Assembly: GCA_951406725.2 (NCBI GenBank)
Contig: OX597838.1
Span: forward strand, 29,078,001-29,142,000
Length of the DNA: 64,000 nucleotides
DNA from: Octopus vulgaris
Lineage: Eukaryota
Direction: 5' to 3'
The translations under genes and the position numbers were made by a program. The first letter of the stretch is position 1; each line of letters opens with the position of its first letter. Shown one piece after another: positions 40,648 to 55,570 of the stretch. Under the pieces are notes generated by a model, which was not told the origin of the DNA, made no database searches, and saw nothing but the letters and a program-made list of their open reading frames with translations.

Positions 40648-40880
40648 ACTGTTGCTATGGCTCAATCTGTTGCCATGGTAACTATAGACAGTCACCCCTA
40701 CGACTGTTGTTGGTAAAGACAGAGGTCAAGATTGATCCAGCTGACCTATGATCCAGGCTGGTCCAACCGTGACCATATCGATTCTTGATTGGTTGGGCGT
40801 TAAAAGCCGGTGGATGTGGGGGGGTCTTGGATTGTATTATTTAATGTGTTTCGCCTTTAAAAAGAAAACAACAAAAAAAC

Positions 40881-41298
40881 AGGCGTAGGAGTGGCTGTGT
40901 GGTAAGTAGCTTACTTACCAACCACATGGTTCCGGGTTCAATCTCACTGCGTGGCACCTTGGGCAAGTGTCTTCTACTATAGCCTCGGGTCGACCAAAGC
41001 CTTGTGAGTGGATTTGGTAGACGGAAACTGAAAGAAGCCCATCGCATATATGTATATATATATATGTATATGTGTGTATATGTTTGTGTGTCTGTGTTTG
41101 TCCCCCCAACATCGCTTGAGAACCGATGCTGGTGTGTTTATGTTCCGGTAACTTAGCTGTTCGGCAAAAATGACCGATAGAATAAGTACTAGGCTTACAC
41201 AGAATAAGTCTTGGGGTCGATTTGCTCGACTAAAGGCGGTGCTCCAGCATGGCCACAGTCAAATGACTGAAACAAATAAAAGAGTAAAAGAGTAAAGA
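40881..41298 (+). mobile_element. SINE-A, full length
   Basis: Homology to 10935-11353. Confidence 0.92.
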
Positions 41299-42233
41299 GA
41301 AACGGTGTCTTGTGATTTAAGGGAGATATTAGCTATTATTTCTAGCAGGCCGGGCGTCCAATCATTTAAGAGGTTCTTTCGCATTCGCTCGTTGCTAATG
41401 TTGCTGTTGTTGTTGCTATTGCTCACATCGCTGCTATCGTAACTACAGACAGCCATCACTAGCACTACCGCCGCTGCTGCTGCTGCTGTTGCTGCAGCTG
41501 CCGTCTACTGCTGCTACAGCTGCTGCTGCTGCTGCTGCTGCTACTGCTGTTGTTGTTGCTGCCGTTACAGGCTGCTACTGCTGTTGCTGTCGCTATCGTT
41601 GCCGCCTGTTGCTAACGTTGCTACGGTGTTCCTGACATCCAGTCTCGTAAACGTTGTTCCAGTAGCAAACCAACTATTGTTCACGCAACTTAAAGGGATT
41701 ACACTAACATCACAAAGTAGGTATCCCATCATGCCATTCTTTCATCTCTACTTTCACTTTCGCTTTTGCTTCTTGTCTTTATGGCTTTCGTCTTGTCACA
41801 CCGGCTGACTTTTATGTTTGCTTACCAATATTCTCTCTCTCTTTCTCCCTCCCTCTCCCCTCTCACTCTCTATGCAATCTCTCACTTTCTCTGATCATAC
41901 TGTTTCCCTTTCTTTCTATCCCCTCTCTACGTTTCTCTCTTTTTTCACTTTTCAATCTCTCTCTCTCTCTTTTCTTTCACCTACTCTTTTCTACTTTCTT
42001 TCTCTTTCCCCTTTTCGTTCAATTTCTCTCTCTCTCTTCTTCCTCGTCTTTCTCTCTCTCTCTCTCTTTTATCCCTGTCTCTTCCCTTCTCTCCTCACTC
42101 TCTACCCCCTCTCTCTTACCTAATATTCCACCTTTCCGTATTCAATTCTTTCAGTCAGTTATTCTTTTCTTTTTCCTTTCTTTCTTTCTTTCTTTCTTTT
42201 TTTCTTTCTTTCCTTCTTTCTTTCTTTCTTTCT

Positions 42234-42280
<47 letters not shown>

Positions 42281-42399
42281 GTCCTTCCTTCCTTCCTTCC
42301 TTCCTTTATTAGTAATTTCTTATTTCGTTCAGAATTTACACCTTTCATTCTTTCTCTTCCCTATTTAGAATTTTGTCTACTTCAATCAATCACTAAATC

Positions 42400-42730
<331 letters not shown>

Positions 42731-42871
42731 CATTTCCACTTTCTTTCTTCCTTCCTTCCTATCTTCCTTCCTTCCTTCTTTCCTTTTTGTCCTTGCTTTC
42801 TTTTCATTTCGTTTATTTTCCCCAGTTTCCTCGCTTCAAAAATCTCTCTTCTCTTTCTCTTCCTTCCTTCA

Positions 42872-42916
<45 letters not shown>

Positions 42917-43249
42917 TTCTCTCTCTATTGCATATTTCATTCTTACAGTTCCGAGTTCACATCCCTCCAGAGATACCTTTATACCTTTCTCTCTGCTGGG
43001 ACCAACAATATAAGCACCCATAGATACTGGAAGGAAATCCGTTTTCTGAATCCTTCCCAAACCCCTTAAAGCATTTCTCCTTCTGTCATTTCTAAACTTC
43101 ACATTAACGCATGAAAAGGTTGTTCTTCTTATTGTCGTCATTGCTCTCACAATTTTTTGTTATTTTCCCACTTGTTTTAATTGTTGTTATTGTTATTTCA
43201 TTGCTGTTCTTGTCATTATATATATTTTTATTCTTCTTACTATTATCAA

Positions 43250-43900
43250 AGTCGGCGAGCTGGCAGAATCGTTAGCACACCAGACAAAATACTTAGCGGC
43301 GTTTCGTCCGTCTTTACGTTCTGAGTTCAAATTCCGCCGAGCTCTACTTTGCCTTTCGTTCTTTCGGGGTCGATAAATTAAGTACCAGTTGCGTACTGGG
43401 TTCGATCTAATCGACTGGCTCCCCTCCCTAAAATTTCCGGGCCTTGTGCCTAGAGTAGAAAAGGATATTTAAAGGCGGCGAGCTGGCAGGAATGTTAGCA
43501 CGCCGGGCGAAATGCTTAGCGGCATTTCGTCCGTCTTTACGTTCTGAGTTCAAATTCCGCCGAGGTCTACTTTTCCTTTCGTCCATTCGGGATCGATAAA
43601 TTAAGTACCAGTTGCGTACTGGAGTCGATCTAATCGACTGGCTCCCTCCCCCAAATTCCGGGCCTTGTGTCTAGAGTAGAAAAGAATAAAAGGCGGTGAG
43701 CTGGTAGAATCGTTAGCACGCCGGATGAAATGGTTTAGCGGTTCTTCGTTCGTCTTTACAGTCTGAGTTCAAATTCCGCCGAGGTCGACTTATCTTTCAT
43801 CCCTTTCGGGATCGATAAAATAAATATCAGTAGAACTCTGGGATCGCTGTAATCAATTGAACCCCTAACCAAAATTGTTGGCCTTGTGCCAAAAATTTAA

Positions 43901-43977
<77 letters not shown>

Positions 43978-44207
43978 TATTATTATTATTATTAAGGCGG
44001 TGAGCTGGCAGAATCGTTAGCACGCCGGGTGAAATGCTTAGCGGTATTTCGTCTGTCGTTACGTTACGAGTTCAAATTCTGCCGAGGTCGACTTTGCCTT
44101 TCATCCTTTCGGGGTCGATAAATTAAGTACCAGTGAAACACTGGGGTTGATGTAATCGACTATCTATCTCCGCCGAAATTTCAGGCCTTGTACCTTTAGC
44201 AGAAAGA

Positions 44208-44275
<68 letters not shown>

Positions 44276-44480
44276 CATCATCATCATTGCAGAATTGTTA
44301 GCGCGCTGGGCGAAATGCTTAGCGGGATTTCGCCCGTCGTTACGTTCTGAGTTCAAATTCCGCCGAGGTCAGCTTTGCCTTTCATCCTTTCGGGGTCGAT
44401 AAATTAAGTACCAGTGAAACACTGGTAATCGACTTGTCCCCTCCTACGAAATTTCAGGCTTTGTGTCTTTACTAGAAATG
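43250..44480 (+). mobile_element. Head-to-tail array of five SINE-C copies
   Basis: Heads at about 43252, 43472, 43690, 43995, 44285. Confidence 0.88.
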
Positions 44481-44489
44481 GTTATTACT

Positions 44490-45075
44490 CTTTTCTACTA
44501 TTGGCACAAGGCCCGAACATTTGGAGGAGGGAGCCAGTCGATTAGGTCGACCCCAGTACGTAACAGGTACTTAATTTATCGACCCCGAAAAGATCAAAGG
44601 CAAAGTTGACATCGGCGGAATTTGAACCCCAAACGTAAAGACAGTCGAAATACCTATTTCTTTACTACCCACAAGGGGCTAAACACAGAGAGGACAAACA
44701 AGGACAGACAAACAGATTAAATAGATTATATCGACCCCAGTGCGTAACTGGTACTTATTTAATCGACCCCGAAAGGATGAAAGGTAAAGTCGACCTCGGT
44801 GGAATTTGAACTCAGAACAAAGAGACAGGCGAAATACCTATTTCTTTACTACCCACAAGGGGCTAAACACAGAGGGGACCAACAAGAACTGACAAACGGA
44901 TTAAGTCGATTATATCGACCCCAGTGCGTAACTGGTACTTATTTAATCGATCCCCGAAAGCATGAAAGGCAGTGTCAAGCTCGGCGGAATTTGAACTCAG
45001 AACGTAGCGGCAGACGAAAAACCGCTTAGCATTTCGCCCGGCGTGCTAACGTTTCTACCAGCTCGCCGCCATAAG
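44490..45075 (-). mobile_element. Three SINE-C copies on the minus strand
   Basis: tcgaccccgaaa...ggcggaatttgaac three times; alternative tail with ttagccccttgtgggtagtaaagaaatagg. Confidence 0.85.
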
Positions 45076-45164
45076 AAAGGATTGTTGTTGTTGTTGTTGT
45101 TGTTAAGGTGGCAAGTTGGCAGTGTCGTTAGCTTCGGAGACGGCTCGGGGTTTGTAGAGTTAAA

Positions 45165-45649
45165 CAGTGCGTGTATGTGCGTGTGTGCATGTGTGTGTGT
45201 GTGTAAGTTCATGTGTGTGCATGCATGCGCGTGTGTATGTATGTGTGTGTGTGAGTGCGTGTGTGTATGTATATGTGTATGTGTGTGTGTGAGTGCGTGT
45301 GTGTATGTATATGTGTATGTGTGTGTGTATGTATCTGCATGCGTGTGTGCGTGTGTGTGTGTGCGTGCGCGAGTTTGCGTGCATGTGCGCGTTTGCGTGT
45401 ATGCGTGTATCTATATGTGTATGTATGCATGCGTGTGCCTGTATGTACGTGTGTGAGTGTGTGTGCATACGTGCGAGTGTGTATGTGCGTGTGTGTGTGA
45501 GAGAGTGTGTGAGTGTATGTGTATGTGTGTGTGTGATTCTGCATGCGTGTGCGCGTGTGTTTGGAAGGAGCAGAGATAAAGATAGTGCGTGTGTGCGTTT
45601 GGGAATAGGAGAGGGAGAGAGAGTAAGGAAGAGGGTGAGATAGAGATAG

Positions 45650-45730
<81 letters not shown>

Positions 45731-45750
45731 AAGAGAGAGAGCGAGAGAGG
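45165..45750. repeat. (TG)/(TGCG) and (GATA)/(GA) microsatellites
   Basis: Direct reading. Confidence 0.9.
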
Positions 45751-46147
45751 AGAGTATCGATTACAAAGCACAAAAGTCAACAGGTGTGCTACGAATATTT
45801 TACAAGGCAATATGATATTTGCGTTCCGGGTTCAAATCCCGCGAGGTTCACTTAGATTTTTATATCGTTCTGGGGCTGACAAAATAAAGTACCAGCCAAG
45901 TACCGGGGAGTACATATTGTTCTTTTTTTTTTCTTCTTTCCTTTACCCACCCGACAATAACATTTCTGCCCGTGTACACCTAGGTGAAGAATCTACGAGT
46001 GTGTTTGCACCGACGGGAACACCACCACTACCACCACCATCACTACCATAACAACAGCAACAACAACAATAGCAATAACAATAGAATGTCAGTTGACAAT
46101 GTTAGAAATAACAGCTAAATCTCATTCAAATCACGCCCTGTTGTTTT

Positions 46148-46174
46148 ATGATGATGATGATGAAGAAGAAGAAG

Positions 46175-46206
<32 letters not shown>

Positions 46207-46218
46207 GAAGAAGAAGGA

Positions 46219-46251
<33 letters not shown>

Positions 46252-46278
46252 GAAGAAGAAGAAGAAGAAGAAGAAGAA

Positions 46279-46335
<57 letters not shown>

Positions 46336-46362
46336 GATGATGGAGAAGAAGAAGAAGAAGAA

Positions 46363-46394
<32 letters not shown>

Positions 46395-46478
46395 CGATAA
46401 AGAAGAAGAAGATGATGATGATGATAATGATGATGATGATGACGGTGAAGAAGAAGAAGAAGAAGAAGAAGAAGAAAT
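46148..46478. repeat. Alternating (GAT)n/(GAA)n blocks
   Basis: Direct reading. Confidence 0.95.
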
Positions 46479-46669
46479 AAGGTTGGAGAATGCTGTCCCT
46501 GTTATACGAAAAGGTTGGCGTGGTCACGGTTGGATTGCTTTTAATCGAAGTAGACCACAGGTTAAAGAACGACAGCAACAACGAATTTAACCAGCTAGAA
46601 ATAGCAGCCAAAGAACACCCTCAAATCACACGTTTGAAGGGCACGGCAAGATGGCGATTTGGGTCTTGT

Positions 46670-46880
46670 TGGTATTGTCAGAGGTGGTGGAACTGACAGA
46701 ATAGTTATCGCGCCGGACCAAATGCCTGGCAGCATTTCTTCCGGATTTACGTTCTTTGTTCAAGTTTAGCCAAGGTAGACTTTGCCTTTCATCCTTTCGG
46801 AGAGCGATGAAATAAATACCAGTCATGTACTGAGGTCCATGTGACTGACAAGTCCTCCCCACCCAAATCATAGGCCTTCT
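46670..46880 (+). mobile_element. SINE-C, diverged
   Basis: gactttgcctttcatcctttcgg. Confidence 0.75.
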
Positions 46881-46998
46881 ACCTATAAAAGATTGTTGCT
46901 GTTGTTGTTGTTGTTGTTGTTGGTGGTGTCGGTGGTGATGATGTTGGTGCTGGTGGTGGTGATGGTGGTGGTGGTGGTGATGATGATGGTGGTGATGG

Positions 46999-47029
<31 letters not shown>

Positions 47030-47402
47030 AGTGATGGTGGTGGTGTTGGTGGTGGTGGTGGAGACGATGACGATGTGGGTGGCGCTGGTGTCGACCCGTT
47101 AGTCCCTAGGAGAGCAGAACCGAAATGAAAAGCGTTCCAGCAGTGACCATCCGGTCGTTTACCCTCCACGCGCAACGGACCCGGCACCACATTATCTAAA
47201 GGGCCCTTTACTAAGACGGTGGGATAGGAGCCGAGTAGGGAGTGGGGGTACGTGGGAGCAGTTTGAAGGATATTTTTGGCTGCTATTTCTGGCAGGTCGT
47301 GTGTCCATGTAGTGATATCCTCCTACAGAGAATTTGGAATTCAAGTCGTGCATTACGTGTTTATGTATGTATGCTTTTGTGTGTGTATGTATGTGTGTAT
47401 GA

Positions 47403-47477
<75 letters not shown>

Positions 47478-47518
47478 TGTGTGTGTATGTAAATCTGTAT
47501 GCGTATGTATGAATGTGA

Positions 47519-47567
<49 letters not shown>

Positions 47568-47571
<4 letters not shown>

Positions 47572-47758
47572 GCAGGCGTGGCTGTGTGGTGAAGGAGCTT
47601 GCTTACCAGCCACATGGTTCCGGGTTCAGTCCCACTGCGTGGCACCTTGTACACGTGTCTTCTACTGTAGCCTCGGGTCGACCAAAGCCCTGTGAGTGGA
47701 TTTTGGTAGATGGAAACTGAAAGAAGCCCGTCGTATATATGTATATATGTATGTAAAC

Positions 47759-47800
<42 letters not shown>

Positions 47801-48020
47801 CAATGCGTATGTGTTTTTTGTGTTTGTTCCTCACGACCGCTTGACAACCGGTGTTGGTGTGATTACGTCCTCGTAGCTTAGCGGTCCAGTAAAAGCGACC
47901 GATAGATTGTGTATCAAGCTTTACAAAGCAATAAGTCCTAGGGTCCATTGACTCAGTATGCTCCGTATGCTCCAGTATGGCCGCAGTCTAATGACTGAAA
48001 GAAATAAAGGATAAAAGATA
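47568..48020 (+). mobile_element. SINE-A
   Basis: Homology to other copies. Confidence 0.88.
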
Positions 48021-48420
48021 TTCTTTTATTCTTCCCCTTGTTTCAGTTATTTGACTGTGGCCATGCTGGAGCTTTTAGGCGAACAAATTAACCCCAGGAC
48101 TTATTCTTTGTAATCCTAGTACTTATTCTATCGGTCTCTTTTGCCGAACGACTAAGTTACTGGGACATAAACACACCAACATCAGTTGCCAAGCGAGGGT
48201 GGAGGAACAAGCAGATATACAAATACACATGTATATACACGCATATATATATTTACAACGGGCTTCTTTCAGTTTCCGTCTACCAAATTCACTCGCAAGG
48301 CTTTGGTCGGTCTGAGGCTATAAAAGAAGACACTTGTCCAAGGTGCCATGTAGTTGAACTGAACCCGGAACCATGTGGTTGGGAAGCAAGCTTCCTACCA
48401 GACAACCACTCCTGCGCCTA
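48021..48420 (-). mobile_element. SINE-A, tail-to-tail with previous copy
   Basis: Homology to other copies. Confidence 0.88.
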
Positions 48421-48493
48421 TATAAAAATGCGTGTGAGTGTTTTTGTGCGTGTGTGGCAGTATGTTGTGTAGATGTAGGTATCTGAATGTACG

Positions 48494-48544
<51 letters not shown>

Positions 48545-48554
48545 AATATCATTG

Positions 48555-48797
48555 CTATTGTGGACAAATGTCGTAAGTCCAAAACGTTAGCCTTTTCCAA
48601 AAAATGAAAAAAATAGTTTCACCATTCTTTAGCAAAACCGTTGTACTACATTTTGACAATTTCTGATATCTTGGCATCTGAAGCAGCTGGAGATACAACA
48701 GTTTGACCAAAAGAACTGGCTATTGCAAGCAAAAATAAATATTGAAAAAAAATATATATTTGGCCAAATTTGGACTTACGACAATTTAATATAATAG
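48555..48797. mobile_element. MITE with ~29-bp imperfect TIRs
   Basis: ctattgtggacaaatgtcgtaagtccaaa / tttggacttacgacaatttaatataatag. Confidence 0.6.
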
Positions 48798-49199
48798 CGA
48801 CGATAGCGAAACGTGAAACCGGTAGACTTGTAATATTCTATCCTTTAAAACATTGAAAATATATAAAATGTGTGCATTTTCCTTCTTGCATTACACACAC
48901 TACACACACACACACACACGCACATACGCACACACGCACACACATATACATACATAGAACCGTATGTAATGTATAGAGGTTTGTACTTATGTGTGAGTAT
49001 CTATATGTGTATACATGTATGTATGTGTGTGTGTGTGTATATATATAAGTATATATGTATATATGTATGTGTATGCATAGACATATTTGCACGTGTTATG
49101 CATACATGTGTGTATATCCTTACATGTGTGTACATATATATATATATATGTGTATATACATGTGTGTGTCTTTTAGTGTTTTCAATCTCATCAAAGCAA

Positions 49200-49780
49200 G
49201 GCTGCGATATAACGGTTTCGAATTTTTGGCACAAGGCCGGCATGTTCGGGGAAGGGGGGATACTTCGATTACATCGACCCACGCACTCAACTGGTACTTA
49301 CTTTATTGACCCCCCCACCCCAAAAAAAAGAACGGAAGGTAAAGTCAACCTCGGCAGAATTTTGAACTCAGAACGTAAAGTCGGAAGAAATGCTGCTAAG
49401 CATTTTGTCCGGCATTGCTAACGATTCTGCCCAGCTCGGTACCTTAAGACTGTGATATATGAACGTGTTGTTGTTGTTGTTGTTGTTGTTATTGTTGTTG
49501 TTGTTGTTCAACTCTCGGTCAGTCATGGTCACTTGGTCAGCAAAGCTATTTCTTTACTACCCACAAGGGGCTAAACACAGAGAGGACAAACAAGGACAGA
49601 CAGACGGATTAGGTCGATTATATCGACCCCAGTGCGTAACTGGTACTTATTTAATCGACCCCGAAAGGATGAAAGGCAAAGTCGATCTCGACGGAATTTG
49701 AACTCAGAACGTAACGGTAGACGAAATACGGTTACGTATTTCGCCCGGCGTGCTAACGTTTCTACCAGTTCGCCGCCTTG
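49200..49780 (-). mobile_element. Two SINE-C copies
   Basis: 49200-49450 and 49545-49780. Confidence 0.85.
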
Positions 49781-49859
49781 GTCAGCAAATATAACACCAA
49801 AGACATTCTAACCAAGTCCGTCCAGTCTTAACACCACCACCACTAGCACCACCACTACC

Positions 49860-49960
49860 GCCGCCGCTGCCGTCGTCGCCGCTGCCGTCGTCGCCGCTGC
49901 CGTCGTCGCCGCTGCCGTCGTCGCCGCTGCCGTCGTCGCCGCTGCCGTCGTCGCCGCTGC
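49860..49960. repeat. 15-bp GC-rich tandem repeat (ccgctgccgtcgtcg)n followed by (CTA)/(CCA)
   Basis: Direct reading. Confidence 0.9.
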
Positions 49961-49965
49961 CACCG

Positions 49966-50014
<49 letters not shown>

Positions 50015-50069
50015 CACCACCACCACCACCACCACCACCACCACCACCCCTACTACTACTACTACTACC

Positions 50070-50108
<39 letters not shown>

Positions 50109-50755
50109 GACGGCGACAAAAGCCAGCACCCACCACCTCCACCACCACCATCACAACGATCACCATCATCACCACTTCTACCACTACCAACACCATCCTC
50201 ATCTTCACCACTACCATCACCAACACCAGTACAATCACAACAACAACTCCAATCACCAAAGCCATATCCAGCCATGACCATCACGTCCTATTCCAATATA
50301 CACCCAGCAGAGTACAATAGAACCCCAAGATACCCCACATATCTTTATAGAAATCTAATGCGATGCGGTATGTTATTCGAGGGAGATTTGGCTGCTATTT
50401 CCTGGCAGTCTGACCGACCTCGTAGATCAACTCCACTCTCTCTCTCTCTCTCTGTCGTAGATTCTATAAATGATACCAGTCATATACTGCGGTCGGTTCA
50501 AGTAATCTCACTTCTTCCCTATACTCCTCGGTAGATTTGTGCCACAATCTCGCTCATCCCTTTCCAAATATCATTCAACTCACTCTCCCAACTTTCTTCC
50601 TCTTCTTTTCTATTTTAATATCTTTTCACTATCCTTCTCCCCCCCCACCCACACACTTACCCGTTGTTCTCCATTTGTAGCAGATGAAAGTCAGTTAATA
50701 GCAAAGAGTTAACGTATCATGAAAGAAAAGATCATATGTGTGTGTATACATACAT

Positions 50756-50790
<35 letters not shown>

Positions 50791-50867
50791 CATATATAAA
50801 GGGGAAGTTTACGAAAATAAACAAAAGACAAAGGCAGATGGAGTACAAAAAAACAAATGTATTAGTA

Positions 50868-51250
<383 letters not shown>

Positions 51251-51817
51251 TAAATATACAAATTGAGATAGGGGTTGTATTATCTGGTAGTTGATCATTG
51301 ATTAAGATGTGTTTCTCCATTTTCTTATTTTGTATATATAAATATATATATTTCTCCATATGTATGTGGGTATAAATGCCTATATATGCATCTAGATATG
51401 TAGGTATTTGTATAAATAAGGATAAGATCGTTAATTTGAATATCGATCTTATCAAGTGGCCAGCATGGGGATAAAAACATTCAAAGGTAATAATTATTAT
51501 TAAAATTATAACTTAGGGTATCTAAGAGATACTACCACGCTGGAAATAGCAGCCAAAACTTGACTCTAAAACCACATTAAATGTCCATACAGCATCAGGA
51601 GAGTAGACAAAGAGACAAAATAAACTAGCAAAAAAATTACTGGATAATTCCAGATCCCGGATTTCTCGCTTTGCATAAGAAATGCTTTGCCTCATCAGTG
51701 GAATATACGCAGAAAGTAACATAAATACACATATATGTACATATAACATAAGAATACTTTTAATAATTTTAATATGTAGGTATTTGTGTAGATATATGTG
51801 TCTGTGTGTGTGTATAA

Positions 51818-51850
<33 letters not shown>

Positions 51851-51862
51851 CATACACATACA

Positions 51863-52115
51863 CGCACAGGAGTGGCTGTGTGGTAAGTAGCTTGCTTACC
51901 AACCACATGGTTCTAGGTTCAGTCCCACTGTGTGGCACCTTGGGCAAGTGTCTTCTGCTATTGCCTCGAGACGGGCGTCTTTCAGTTTCCGTCTACCAAA
52001 TCTACTCACAAAGCTTTGATCGGCCCGAGGCTATAGTAGAAGACACTTGCTCAAGGTGTCACGCAGTGGGACTGAACTCGGAACCATGTGTTTGGTAAGG
52101 AAACTACTTACCACA
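51863..52115. mobile_element. Two inverted SINE-A 5' halves
   Basis: Plus head 51863-51970 abuts minus head 51971-52115. Confidence 0.85.
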
Positions 52116-52365
52116 CATGCACACATGCATACGTAGTATGCATGTGTGCAATGTATGTATGTGTGTACGTAAGAACCTGTGTATGTATGTACGTACGTAT
52201 ATATGTATATATGAATATTTAGATATGTGTATGTGTGTGTACGTATGTATGTCTGTGTGTATGACTATTTGTATGTCTTTTTGTATGTGTGTACCTATAC
52301 TTATTTGTATATATATTCGTATGTGTGTGTGTGTATAATATATATACATATATAATATACATGTA

Positions 52366-52590
52366 TAAAGGCGGCGAGCTGGTAGAATCGTAAGCTCGCC
52401 GGGCGAAATGCTTAGCGGTATTTCGTCTGCCGTTACGTTCTGAGTTCAAATTCCGCCGAGGTCGACTTTACCTTTCATCCTTTCGGGGGTCGATAAATTA
52501 AGTACCAGTTACGCACTGGGGTCGATGTAATCATTTAATCCCTTTGTCTGTCCTTGTTTGTCCCTGCTATGTTTAAACCCCTGTGGGAAA
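52366..52590 (+). mobile_element. SINE-C, full length
   Basis: aaggcggcgagctggtagaatcg...tttaaacccctgtggg. Confidence 0.9.
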
Positions 52591-52644
52591 TGTATGTACA
52601 TATGTATGCATGTATGTATATATGTACCTATGTATGTATGCGTG

Positions 52645-52685
<41 letters not shown>

Positions 52686-52817
52686 GTGTGTAATATGCGT
52701 GTATATATTCTCAGAAGACGCTCCCGCATTGCAGCGTGTTGTCTGCCGCATGACAATGCGCGACCGTTTGTATGTAAATGAATGAATATACGTGTGTATA
52801 ACAATATGCATACGTAC

Positions 52818-52861
<44 letters not shown>

Positions 52862-53219
52862 GTATGCTACTGTATTCTTATTTTCGTGTGTGTCTGTGTA
52901 TGCGTGCGAGCTTAATTTCATGTACGGCTGCAAATTCTCTACTTCCGCGCGGTTGTGTTGTGCATGTACGTTCTTTATCCAGTGAGTGTATATATATATA
53001 TATATATGTGTGTGTGTTTGCATGCATACATGTGTATGTGTTTGTGTGCATATATACGTCCGTTTCTGTGCAACCTGTGTGTGTGTATGTATGTATGTAT
53101 GTATGTATGTATGTATGTATGTATGTATGTATGTATGTTTGTATGGATTGATGTATATGTATATGTGAGTGTCTGTGTATGAGTATATATATGTGATTAT
53201 GCAAATATATGTCCCTTTA

Positions 53220-53287
<68 letters not shown>

Positions 53288-53572
53288 TTATATATATATA
53301 TATATACATATATAAATATACATACATACATACATACATACATAGTTACACACACACATATACAAATATGCATATATGTGTGAATGAGTGTGTGTGCACG
53401 TGTATCTTACTATATAAATGTGATTATGTGAATATATGCGCATCATGTATCTACATATCTACATATCTACATATATATACATATGTAATATATATATATA
53501 TATATATACACATACACACACAGATACACACACACACACACACATATATACATATATAAATGCGTTGTGTGT

Positions 53573-53621
<49 letters not shown>

Positions 53622-53704
53622 TGTAAAACAGGCACCGCATTATTTAGTGACTTTCTGTAACTTCAACCTCATCAAAGCAAGGCTGCGATATTTCATCACT
53701 TTCA

Positions 53705-53747
<43 letters not shown>

Positions 53748-53958
53748 GCCGTTGTTATTATCGTGGATGTTTTGATGTTGTTGTTGGTGGTGTTGTTGCT
53801 GTCTAATCTCGGGTCAGGTATGATCATCAGGTCAGTAAGCCAGTGATCAAAGGAATACTTTTACAGGTGTAGACTTATCTATGCGTATACATTTATAAAT
53901 GTATACAAATCATGCTTCCATATGTGTGTGTGTATATATATATATATATATCTGTATA

Positions 53959-54015
<57 letters not shown>

Positions 54016-54290
54016 TTATATATACGTATATGCTATATTGTATATGACGTGTATGCATATATATATATATGTATACATTCATATATATATATGTATGTAT
54101 ATCTGTGTATGTGTATGTGTGTATATATATATATATCTGTATATGCATATATATATGTATATGTACATATATATATATATATATGTATGTATGTATTATA
54201 CATATATATATATATACATATTTATACGTATGTGCTATGCTGTATATGACATGTATGCATATATAAATATATGTATATGTATGTACGTCT

Positions 54291-54336
<46 letters not shown>

Positions 54337-54862
54337 AAATATATATATTTGCATGTGTATTTTTTCCCCTCACTACTTCACACACACACACACATATATA
54401 TATATACATGTATATGAATAGATATCATATGTATTTATATACGTTTGATATATTGCGCTATGAACTTCAATGCCGTTGTAGTGCTCGATTTTTCCAGTGA
54501 TAGAGTTGTCCATTAAGGCGTTCAGTAATACATAAAAAAATACCGGACAAAGCACACACACACGCCCATACTCACCCTACCTACCTACCTACCTACCTAC
54601 CTACCTACCTACCTACCTACCTACCTACCTATACCTACCTACCTACCTACCTTCCTACTTACCTACCTACCTATATGCATACATATGCATATGTATGTAT
54701 GAATATATATGCATGTATATGTATATATACACACACATACACCGTCACGCGTAATATTTGCATGCATTTATATATGTATGTATAGCCATAGCTATGTGTA
54801 TATATATATATATGTACATATGCATATGTGCGTACATATATGTATATATACATGCGTATATA

Positions 54863-54912
<50 letters not shown>

Positions 54913-55129
54913 AATAAGGGTAGAAATTGATATTAATCAATTAAAACCAGTGGCCTAGCATATTAAAAAAATCCGAAGATTAAAATATTTTTACATACAA
55001 AATTTAAAGGACTGACCACTAAAAGTGGACGGTCAACATGCTAGATGTAGACGTCAAAATCGCGATTTTGACATCTATATGGCAAATGACGAGAAGCTGA
55101 ATTACAATAGAGACAAGAACGGGTGTCTT

Positions 55130-55570
55130 GATATCTTTTCTACTCTAGGCACAAAGCCCGAAATTTTTGGGAAAGGGACCAGTCGATTAAATCGACTCCA
55201 GTGCGCAACTGGTACTTAATTTATCGCCCCCGAAAGGATGAAAGGCAAAACGACCTTGGCGTAATTTGAACTCAGAACATAAAGACAGACGAAATACCGC
55301 TAAGAATTTCGCCCGGCGTGCTAACGTTTCTGCCAGCTCGCCGCCTTTAAATATTCTTTTTTACTCTAGGCTCAAGGCCTGAAATTTTTGGGGAAGGGGG
55401 CCAGTCGATTAGATCATCCCCAGTACGCAACTGGTACGTAATTTATCGACCCCGAAAGGATAGAAGGCAAAACGACCTTGGCGGAATTTGAACTCAGAAC
55501 ATAATGACAGACGAAATACCGCTAAGAATTTCGCCCGGCGTGCTAACGTTTCTGCCAGCTCGTCGCCTTA
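55130..55570 (-). mobile_element. Two tandem SINE-C copies
   Basis: Both share the private variant aaaacgaccttggcg. Confidence 0.9.

Noticed and set aside
46093-46590. Poly-D/E acidic protein ORF
   Set aside because: (GAT)/(GAA) microsatellite lying inside a dispersed repeat; no splice or domain support
54940-55075. Small palindrome tagacgtcaaaatcgcgattttgacatcta as a seventh hammerhead
   Set aside because: No CUGANGA/GAAA core on either strand
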